Of a stretch of DNA of 42,764 bases, positions 35,497 to 42,764 are shown one piece after another (the stretch's first letter is position 1; each line of letters begins with the position of its first letter). The position numbers and the translations under genes are program-made. Source of the DNA: Acutalibacteraceae bacterium (GTDB lineage: Bacteria; Bacillota; Clostridia; Oscillospirales; Acutalibacteraceae); NCBI GenBank assembly GCA_051893965.1, contig JBJFHW010000232.1:1-42764 (forward strand), in the 5' to 3' direction. The notes under the pieces are model-generated. The model was not told where the DNA came from and searched no databases. It saw nothing but the letters and a program-made list of their open reading frames with translations.

Positions 35497-35560
35497 GACG
35501 CAACTGTTATGATAAGGGCAGAAAACGGCAATGCGCCGCTTTGAGAAAGGAGTAAGCTTT

Positions 35561-36244
35561 ATGAATATATTAAAAGTTGAGAGCTTAACGAAAATTTACG
35601 GCAAAGGCGACACCATGGTCAAAGCTTTGAACGGTGTTTCTTTCAGCGTTGACAGAGGAGAATTTGTTGCCATTATCGGTCCGTCCGGTTCAGGCAAATC
35701 CACTCTTCTTCACATTCTCGGCGGTGTTGACACCGCAACTTCCGGAAAGGTTATCATTGACGGCACAGACATTTCCACACTTGATGAAACGGCACTTGCC
35801 ATTTTCCGCCGCAGACAAATCGGTCTGATTTATCAGTTTTATAATCTCATTCCGATTCTTACGGTGGAAGAGAACCTGACGCTTCCGCTTCTTCTTGACG
35901 GCAGAAAGGTTGACAAACGGCAAATTGCAGACCTTATCAAAAGGCTCGGTCTTGAAAACAGACTGACACATCTTCCCAATGAGCTTTCCGGCGGTCAGCA
36001 GCAGCGAGTTTCCATCGGCAGAGCGCTTGTGAACAATCCCGCGCTTCTTCTTGCAGACGAGCCGACAGGTAACCTCGACAGTGAAAACAGCCGGGAAATT
36101 GTTTCCCTGCTTCGCAAATTCAACAAAGAAAACGGTCAGACCGTTATCATCATCACGCATGATGAAAAAATTGCTCTTTGCGCCGACAGAGTCATTTCCA
36201 TTGAAGACGGCGTAATCACATCAGACGAGGTGAAACAGCCGTGA
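35561..36244 (+). CDS. ABC transporter ATP-binding protein (MacB/FtsE-like)
   Basis: ORF trimmed to the ATG at 35561, which has an AAAGGAG RBS. Walker A GPSGSGKST, signature LSGGQQQRVSIGRA, Walker B LLLADEPTGNLD. Confidence 0.92.
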   Translation: MNILKVESLTKIYGKGDTMVKALNGVSFSVDRGEFVAIIGPSGSGKSTLLHILGGVDTATSGKVIIDGTDISTLDETALAIFRRRQIGLIYQFYNLIPILTVEENLTLPLLLDGRKVDKRQIADLIKRLGLENRLTHLPNELSGGQQQRVSIGRALVNNPALLLADEPTGNLDSENSREIVSLLRKFNKENGQTVIIITHDEKIALCADRVISIEDGVITSDEVKQP

Positions 36245-38781
36245 ATATCGTAAACACTTTAACCCTGCGTCATTTAAAAGAAAACAAAAGCAGAACGGTT
36301 GTCACAACGCTCGGAATCTGCGTCAGCGTTGCCATGATTACAGCGGTTTTTGTTGCGGCGGCCTCGCTTCTGAATCTGCTCGGTGACCTGACTCTTTTTG
36401 CCGACGGCCGTTATGAAGCAAAAATTAACAGCGTTAGCTATGAGCAATATGAAAAGCTCAAATCAGATGTCCGGATTTCAAATGTCGGCACAAGCGCCGA
36501 GGGCGTTTCGTTTCTTCTTGATGAAAGACAGAGCGACAGAAACGGCACGGGAGACATTTTAAAAGGCAACGCAATGTTTTTCGACCAATGCGTCACCTGC
36601 AAATATGACGGTGTTCTTCCGCAAAAGGAAAACGAAATTGCCGTTGAAAAGCAGCTGATTGAAAAAAACAAGCTTGACTGGAAAGTCGGCGACACAGTTG
36701 AAATTCCGACAGGAATCAGAACGCTTAAAGAAAACGGCGGAGAATGTATTGTTGCCGGTATGTATTGTTCCGGCGAAGAATTTAAAACGCAGGAAACAAA
36801 GGAATATAAAATCACCGCCATTTTAAATTCAAACAATCCGACTTGTTATTCCGGCATTCTGTGCTTTATGAGCGAAGCAGAAAAAAAGGCTGCGCCGTTT
36901 ACTGCCACAATCGAGCTTTCAAAGCTGAATTACCAATCGCTTGATGTCACAAAAGAAATTCTTTCGGACTACGGCTTTGAAGACTATTATATTAACTCAG
37001 ATTATCTTGAAACCTTCCTTGCCGCCGATGAAGACGGTTTTCTTATGAGCGCCGTCATTCCGGCTGCATCAATCGTCCTTGTGCTTATCATCATTGCAAG
37101 CGTTGCCCTGATCTATAACGCTTTTGCCATGTCGCTTTCCGAGCGTGTGCGTTACCTCGGTATGCTCGCTTCCGTGGGCGCAACAAAAAAGCAAAAAAGA
37201 AAATCCATCTATTACGAGGGTTTCATTCTCGGCGCAATCGGAATTCCCGTCGGAATTCTTGCCGGCATTGTCGGAATCGGCATTACGCTTCGCGTTGTCG
37301 GGAACAAAATCATTTCCACCGGAATGATTATGGGAATTTCCGACTCAGATATAAGAATGAAAACCGTTGTTTCACTTCCCGTCATTTTGCTCATTGTCCT
37401 TTTCAGCATCATAACGATTTTCATTTCCTCTTTTATTCCCGCCAAAAAAGCTTCAAAAATCACGCCGATTGACGCAATCAGACAAAACAGCGAAATCAAG
37501 GTTAAAGCAAAAAATCTGAAAGCACCGAAAATCGTCCGCAAAATCTTCGGCTATGAGGGTGAGCTTGCCTACAAGAACATCAAGCGAAACGGCAAAAAAT
37601 CAAGGGTGATCATCGCTTCCATTGCCCTTTCGGTCATTTTGTTCTTCTCGTGCAATTATTTCTGCCAGATTTTCATGCAGGCAAACTCCTATCAGCAGGA
37701 AATTCCTTATCAGGTTGAAGTTTCCGCTGATTATGCGCAGAAAGACTTGTTAAAGCGTGAAATTTCACAGCTGAAAGATGTCAAAGATGTTTACCCGACG
37801 AACTATTCGCTTTATATTTACGGAACCGGGGACAAAAATCTTGACCACAGTCTTGCAGCCGAAAACAACTGCACCACAGCCTATAAAAAGCTTTTCACCG
37901 AGCCGACTTATTTTTATATCAACTATATTGAAGATGATGTTTTCAATGAAATATGCAAAAAGAATTCCATTGATTTTAACAAATGCTATGAAAAAGGTGT
38001 TCTCAAGGGCTTACTGCTTAACAACATCAGCCACAAACAAAACAGCGCTAAGGTTTTCAGCGAAAATATGCTCGGTCAAAAAATTGATTACAACTATGAC
38101 GACTATCATTACTCGGTTGAGCTTACGGATTTTATTGATTATGACAAAAACAATTTTGTTTTTTCGCTCAATCCGAAAAACAATGTGTCTGTTTATGTAC
38201 CCGAAAGCATGTATGACAAGGACTTCAAAGAATCCGGCTTATACAACTTCGGCGTTGTCACCGACAAGCACGAAAGCGTAACAGAAGAAATTGAAAAACT
38301 TATTGATCAGTATTCGCTCGGCAACACGATGGTAATGGATATTGAAGAAAATTTCCGGACAATTGAAACCTTGATTTTTGTTATGGAAGTCTTTATTTAC
38401 GGTTTCATTGCCCTCATTTCAATGATTACCGTTGCCAACATCATCAACACCATTTCCACCGGCATTATGCTCAGACGAAAAGAATTTGCCATGCTCAAAT
38501 CCGTCGGAACAACGCCGAAAGGCTTCAACAAAATTGTGATGCTTGAAAGCGCATTTTATGCAATGAAAGCTTTGGTTTTCGCCATTCCGCTGAGCCTTCT
38601 GTTTGAATTTTTGATTAACAAGATGATTGGTGAAGCACAAATTCCGTTTGTGATAAACATTCCGCTTTATCTTGCAGTAATTGCCGTTGTGTTTGTCATC
38701 ATCGGATTTACAATGCTTTATTCCGTCAGAAAGCTCAAAGACGATTCCATTGTTGAAACGCTGAAAAAAGAGATCAACTGA
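36241..38781 (+). CDS. ABC transporter permease with two FtsX-like domains
   Basis: 846 aa. The GTG start overlaps the ATPase stop. N-terminal TM plus a large extracytoplasmic region, with two 4-TM FtsX modules. Confidence 0.85.
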   Translation: MNIVNTLTLRHLKENKSRTVVTTLGICVSVAMITAVFVAAASLLNLLGDLTLFADGRYEAKINSVSYEQYEKLKSDVRISNVGTSAEGVSFLLDERQSDRNGTGDILKGNAMFFDQCVTCKYDGVLPQKENEIAVEKQLIEKNKLDWKVGDTVEIPTGIRTLKENGGECIVAGMYCSGEEFKTQETKEYKITAILNSNNPTCYSGILCFMSEAEKKAAPFTATIELSKLNYQSLDVTKEILSDYGFEDYYINSDYLETFLAADEDGFLMSAVIPAASIVLVLIIIASVALIYNAFAMSLSERVRYLGMLASVGATKKQKRKSIYYEGFILGAIGIPVGILAGIVGIGITLRVVGNKIISTGMIMGISDSDIRMKTVVSLPVILLIVLFSIITIFISSFIPAKKASKITPIDAIRQNSEIKVKAKNLKAPKIVRKIFGYEGELAYKNIKRNGKKSRVIIASIALSVILFFSCNYFCQIFMQANSYQQEIPYQVEVSADYAQKDLLKREISQLKDVKDVYPTNYSLYIYGTGDKNLDHSLAAENNCTTAYKKLFTEPTYFYINYIEDDVFNEICKKNSIDFNKCYEKGVLKGLLLNNISHKQNSAKVFSENMLGQKIDYNYDDYHYSVELTDFIDYDKNNFVFSLNPKNNVSVYVPESMYDKDFKESGLYNFGVVTDKHESVTEEIEKLIDQYSLGNTMVMDIEENFRTIETLIFVMEVFIYGFIALISMITVANIINTISTGIMLRRKEFAMLKSVGTTPKGFNKIVMLESAFYAMKALVFAIPLSLLFEFLINKMIGEAQIPFVINIPLYLAVIAVVFVIIGFTMLYSVRKLKDDSIVETLKKEIN

Positions 38782-38825
38782 TAATCCAGCCTAACCAACC
38801 TCTTTCCACACATTTTCACATAAAA

Positions 38826-38876
38826 AGCTCCCGCAGTCTTTTCACACCGAGACTGCGGGAGGCTTTTTTATTTTTA
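38826..38876 (+). terminator. intrinsic terminator
   Basis: 11-bp perfect stem CTCCCGCAGTC / GACTGCGGGAG followed by GCTTTTTTATTTTT. Confidence 0.8.
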
Positions 38877-38907
38877 AATCTGCGTACTTTTCAGCGTGAA
38901 ACCTTAT

Positions 38908-39110
38908 CAGTGTGGAGTTTGGAGTTTGGAGTGTGGAGTTGTTTCAACTTGAAAATTTCTGCTGAAAATTTTAACAAAGTTTCTGATTATTAATTTAAAG
39001 AACAGATTATGGTAGGGACACGGCACGCCATGTTCCTACTGCACAAACTTTAATGAGGTTAACTCCACACTCCACACTCCAAACTCCACACTCATATACG
39101 CTCCACACTG
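38908..39110 (+). repeat. interspersed element copy B: heptamer-iterated terminal inverted repeats flanking a 120-nt core
   Basis: The left arm (38908-38940) is CAG(TGTGGAG)(TTTGGAG)(TTTGGAG)(TGTGGAG)TT. The inner right arm (39061-39093) is its complement at 31 of 33 positions. An outer CTCCACACTG (39101-39110) mirrors the left terminus. Core blocks are shared with copy A. Confidence 0.8.
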
Positions 39111-39141
39111 AATATACGCTTCTCGCCAAATAGCTTTTTAT

Positions 39142-40203
39142 TTAAAACCTAAGGCTCTTATCCTCACCAATGCCGCACATGCCGTCAAGAATATATTTGT
39201 TGCCGTCCGGGTCGCAGACATAGCCGCTCAGTTCGCCGAAAGTTATGTGATAGTTGATGTCAATAACGCCTGCCGGAACGCGCATGATGAAGCGGTCGCC
39301 GATGTCGAAAATAATATCCGTCATGCCATAGACATCTCTGATGCGCCATTTGTTATATTCCGGGTGCTCAAAACGAACAGGAGTAAGCAAAGTTGTTTTG
39401 CCCTCAAACCAGATCAGGTTTTCGTTAAAATCATTCTGGTTGACCGACTGATTTCTTGTCAGGTTAAAGCCAAAAAACTGCTTTTCTGAGCCGACCGTGT
39501 TTTTGCCCATGGTCGTTACCCAGTCATAATGTGCCTTATACGGATAATAGCCGCGGTGGTCGTCAATGATTCCCGTGCTGTCCTCGTCAGCTTCATATCT
39601 TACGCCGTTGACTTCTATGTAGCCTGTTGCTTTGAACAGATCCTTTTGCGAATAAAGCGGTCGATTGTCGCCGAACGGAATGGAAACAATGCTCGGAAGC
39701 GAAACTCTTTCAAGCGAAATGTCATAGCTGATTTTTCCTTTTTCCTTGTCGGACGCACTGCCGGATACAAACGCCTGACCGTTTTCAAAATGGTTGACAA
39801 CCTTGAGCTTCACTTTTTTACCCAAAGATTCGGTTACATCACCGTTTAAAAGCGTGTCGGAAATAACGGCGCATTTTTTGGAAAACATATCCTGCCAGAA
39901 AGTGACTTTTTTCTTTTTCTTGTCATAAAGCACGGTAAGACCCGTTCCGAAAATGCCCATGTCGCAAACGGCTGTGAGCAAAATTACATCTTTGAGATTG
40001 ATTTCAACAGCCTCCCAGAGCGTAAGCTTCACCTTGTTGAGCGCATTCGGATAAGGCGTCGGGCGGTTTACTTTCAAAAAATCCATGCGCGGAAATTCTT
40101 TTTCAAAGGTTCCGAAATAAGCGTTTCCGTTTGAATCCACAACATTATCGGGTGTCGCAATTGCTTTTCTTTTTTCGGAAAGTACGTCATAAAATTTTTC
40201 CAT
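39142..40203 (-). CDS. DUF2804 domain-containing protein (second, divergent paralog)
   Basis: ORF trimmed to the ATG at 40203, which has an AAGGAG RBS. 353 aa. Motifs DDHRGYYPYKAHYDW and FGFNLTRNQ recalled as DUF2804-type. Not verified by search. Confidence 0.6.
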   Translation of the reverse strand: MEKFYDVLSEKRKAIATPDNVVDSNGNAYFGTFEKEFPRMDFLKVNRPTPYPNALNKVKLTLWEAVEINLKDVILLTAVCDMGIFGTGLTVLYDKKKKKVTFWQDMFSKKCAVISDTLLNGDVTESLGKKVKLKVVNHFENGQAFVSGSASDKEKGKISYDISLERVSLPSIVSIPFGDNRPLYSQKDLFKATGYIEVNGVRYEADEDSTGIIDDHRGYYPYKAHYDWVTTMGKNTVGSEKQFFGFNLTRNQSVNQNDFNENLIWFEGKTTLLTPVRFEHPEYNKWRIRDVYGMTDIIFDIGDRFIMRVPAGVIDINYHITFGELSGYVCDPDGNKYILDGMCGIGEDKSLRF

Positions 40204-40563
40204 AAATATTTTCTCCTTTTGTTTTTTATTGGCAGATTTTGGCTTCTGCCCCTGATTCAATTATATATTTTTATGATATTTTGTCAACTGCGTAAGATAT
40301 GACTTTCAGCCCGATTTTTTTTGAAAACCACTGTGAAAATTCTGTTTCGTCCAAAACAGCAGAATAGCCCGACATGCACTCTGATTGCATGGTTTACAAA
40401 TCAAAAAATCGTGTGAAACTTTTTAACATTGCATTGTCGATTCTTGATAAATATGATAAATTTTGATTATCATCGGCTCTGAAAAGCTCAATAAAAGAAA
40501 GGAAAAGTTCAAAAAGTCGCTTTGGTTTTTAAAATCGGCTGTATTTGTGCTGCGATTGGTTTT

Positions 40564-42417
40564 ATGAAAACATTTTTCAGAATTTCGGCGTGCTGCTTGC
40601 TCGCTGTTTGTCTTTTGTTTGCCGTGGGTGCAGAAGAAGCGTTTTGCAAAATTCTGCCCGGACAAACCGTAACCGTTTCAGTAAACGGCTATGACACAGC
40701 AGTTGTGGAATTTACTCCTGCCGTTTCAGAAACCTGCTGTTTCACAAGCATCGGTAATTATGACACGGTGGGCTTTGTTTACGATGAGGATTTTAACATT
40801 CTCGCCCAAGATGAAACAAGCGGAGAAAGCTGCAACTTTTTTATCAGATATGATTTTAAGGCGGAAGAAACATATTATCTCGGCGCGAAGCTCAAGTTTA
40901 CCGGATTCAGCGCAAACATTGATATTAAACTTTTTTCCGAAAATCACGTTCATTCCTATCAAACCGAAATGATAAAAAATCCAACCTGCGACACCGAGGG
41001 AATCAAAAAGCTTGTTTGCGAGTGTTCGGACGAAAAAACAGAAACAATCCCTGCGCTCGGACATGACTTTGAAACAACAAAAACAACAGCGACCTGCACT
41101 TTGGCAGGAAAAAGCGTTCTGGTTTGCCGCAGTTGCGGGCTGACCGAAACCAAAGAGGTGCCCGCACTCGGTCACAGTTACAGCGAAAAAACCGTTGTTG
41201 ATAAAGAACCGACCTGTACGGCTCAAGGCAGCAAATCCAATCACTGCATAAGATGCGAAAAAAAGAAGAACGTCACTTCTATTCCGGCTTTAGGGCACGA
41301 CTTTTCAAAAGATTTTACCACTGACAAAGAGCCGACATGCACAGCTCAGGGCATAAAATCACGCCACTGTCTTCGATGCACAAAGGTTACGGACGAAACG
41401 GCAATCGTCGCAAAGGGTCACACCTACGGCAAATATAAAACAACAAAAAATCCCACCTGCACCGCAAGAGGCGAGAAAACAAAGACCTGCTCTGTCTGCA
41501 AGGCTACAAAAAAAGATTATATCAGTGCTCTCGGTCACGCTTATTCAAGCAAATATACCATCGACAAAAAATCAACAACCGATTCTGCCGGTTATCAATC
41601 AAGGCACTGCACCCGATGCAGCAGCAAAACAGATCAGATTACAATTGCCAAAATTAAAAAGCTTGCCCTTTCGGCTGATTCTTTCGTTTATAACGGGAAA
41701 GACAAAAAGCCGGCTTTAACAATCAGTGACAGCAAAGGTGCAAAGCTGAAAGCCGGAAGAGATTATGACGTAAAAATTCCGAAAACTTCAAAGTCAATCG
41801 GGTCTTACAGCGTCACCGTAACTTTCAAAGGAAATTACAGCGGCAAAAAGACGCTGACGTATAAAATTATTCCGCCCGATGTTGCGAGTCTTACTGCAAA
41901 ACAAACGAACACAAGCGTCACACTTTCATGGAAAAAAGCAAGCGGCGGCGTAAAATACAGAGTGTATAAATATTATCTGAAGACCAAGCAATATACCACT
42001 GTTGCCAACACAAGCAAAACAACCTTAAAAATCAACAATCTCAAATCGGGAACGGACTATATTTTTGCCGTCAGAGCCTACAAAACCGTTGGTGAAAAAA
42101 CTTATATCAGCAAAAACTTCACACAGGTCATCACGGCAACCGTGCCGAACGGCGTTTCTCTCAAAGCAAAAAAATCCGGCAATTCGGCACAGCTGACCTG
42201 GAATCCGACAAGTTGCAGCGGCTATATTCTTTATATGTCCCAGTCAAAAGACGGAACTTATAAACAGATTAAAAACATTCAGTCAGTCAGCACAAAAAGT
42301 TATTGTAAAACAAATCTTGCCGCTTCCAAAAAATATTATTTTAAAATCCGCTCTTATAAAAAAGCCGGCGATAAAATTCTTTATTCAAAGCTTTCTGCGC
42401 CCGTTTCGGCGGGATAA
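40564..42417 (+). CDS. secreted multidomain protein: PPC-like domain, six His-Cys3 repeat modules, Ig-like domain, two FN3 domains
   Basis: Signal peptide MKTFFRISACCLLAVCLLFAVGA when starting at the ATG at 40564 (the ORF-track TTG is at 40522). Repeats follow the pattern ALGH-x10-13-PTCTxxG-x5-CxxC. FN3-like segments are present (SLTAKQT..SVTLSWKK, LKAKKSGNSAQLTWNP). Confidence 0.75.
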   Translation: MKTFFRISACCLLAVCLLFAVGAEEAFCKILPGQTVTVSVNGYDTAVVEFTPAVSETCCFTSIGNYDTVGFVYDEDFNILAQDETSGESCNFFIRYDFKAEETYYLGAKLKFTGFSANIDIKLFSENHVHSYQTEMIKNPTCDTEGIKKLVCECSDEKTETIPALGHDFETTKTTATCTLAGKSVLVCRSCGLTETKEVPALGHSYSEKTVVDKEPTCTAQGSKSNHCIRCEKKKNVTSIPALGHDFSKDFTTDKEPTCTAQGIKSRHCLRCTKVTDETAIVAKGHTYGKYKTTKNPTCTARGEKTKTCSVCKATKKDYISALGHAYSSKYTIDKKSTTDSAGYQSRHCTRCSSKTDQITIAKIKKLALSADSFVYNGKDKKPALTISDSKGAKLKAGRDYDVKIPKTSKSIGSYSVTVTFKGNYSGKKTLTYKIIPPDVASLTAKQTNTSVTLSWKKASGGVKYRVYKYYLKTKQYTTVANTSKTTLKINNLKSGTDYIFAVRAYKTVGEKTYISKNFTQVITATVPNGVSLKAKKSGNSAQLTWNPTSCSGYILYMSQSKDGTYKQIKNIQSVSTKSYCKTNLAASKKYYFKIRSYKKAGDKILYSKLSAPVSAG

Positions 42418-42586
42418 ACTCAGCGTACATGCTTCTTTAACACGTTAAACCGATAAATCAAATTTTAAGTTGAATTAAATAAAATTATTAAGTTTGATTA
42501 AAGATGTTTTTTTAAGATTTTTAAGAACCGATACGAAATCGGGGTTCATTTTGAGCGTTCAAAAATCAAACGAAAGGAATTGAAGT

Positions 42587-42764
42587 ATGTATATTTTAAA
42601 GAATGCACTCAGGTGTATCAGCCGCTCAAAGGCACGTAATATTCTAATCGGAATCATTGTTCTTGCAATCACTCTTTCTGCCTGCATCGGTCTATCCATA
42701 AGGCAGGCTGCGCAAAGCGCAAAAGAAGAAGCGTTAAGCAACCTGACCATCACAGGCACCATTT
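42587..42764 (+). CDS. partial CDS (5' end): ABC transporter permease, FtsX/MacB-like N-terminus
   Basis: ATG at 42587 with a GAAAGGAA RBS. MYILKNALRCISRSKARNILIGIIVLAITLSACIG is the typical N-terminal TM of MacB-type permeases. Open to the window edge and not in the ORF track because it has no stop. Confidence 0.6.
   Translation, partial: MYILKNALRCISRSKARNILIGIIVLAITLSACIGLSIRQAAQSAKEEALSNLTITGTI

Noticed and set aside
22581-39110. The two repeat copies as ends of a 16-kb composite transposon or island
   Set aside because: The copies are in direct orientation, and the interval contains the core rimP-nusA-infB-truB-ribF operon. It contains no mobility genes.

Overview
This is a 42.8-kb chromosomal window from a low-GC Gram-positive genome. 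Gene content and order look like Bacillota, class Clostridia. An Oscillospiraceae/Ruminococcus-like origin is only my guess and cannot be verified here.

I support about 36 protein genes, mostly on the minus strand, and most are ordinary housekeeping or envelope functions:
- tadA, a CPBP protease, an SDR, a priming sugar transferase, an FAD oxidoreductase and a MATE exporter.
- A 1173-aa secreted double metallophosphoesterase, an acyltransferase-3 and two divergent DUF2804 proteins.
- An OmpR-type response regulator with a large-ectodomain histidine kinase.
- An alpha/beta-hydrolase-murF-ddl operon.
- The classical rimP-nusA-ylxR-ylxQ-infB-rbfA-nrnA-truB-ribF(-HAD) operon.
- A MacB/FtsX-type ABC pair and a secreted Cys/His-repeat plus FN3 protein.

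I saw no rRNA, tRNA, CRISPR, transposase, phage or recognisable defence genes, and no novel multi-gene protein system.

Three things are not explained by the gene list:
1. Two same-orientation copies (22581-22818 and 38908-39110) of an unannotated 200-240 bp element. Its terminal inverted repeats are each built from four in-phase KKTGGAG heptamers, and the two copies share core blocks, including a near-palindromic 15-mer. This is the best candidate for something undescribed.
2. An orphan consensus sigma-A promoter, a compact stem-closed RNA domain and an intrinsic terminator on the plus strand, convergent with ddl (18549-18778). I could not match it to a known RNA family.
3. Protein-architecture oddities: NusA with a tandemly duplicated N-terminal domain, MurF with a polytopic membrane N-terminus, Ddl with a Lys/Gly/Ala-rich loop insert, and a six-fold His-Cys3 repeat module in a secreted protein.

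Several ORF-track starts were trimmed using RBS and homology logic. All functional calls come from motif recognition by eye, not from database searches.
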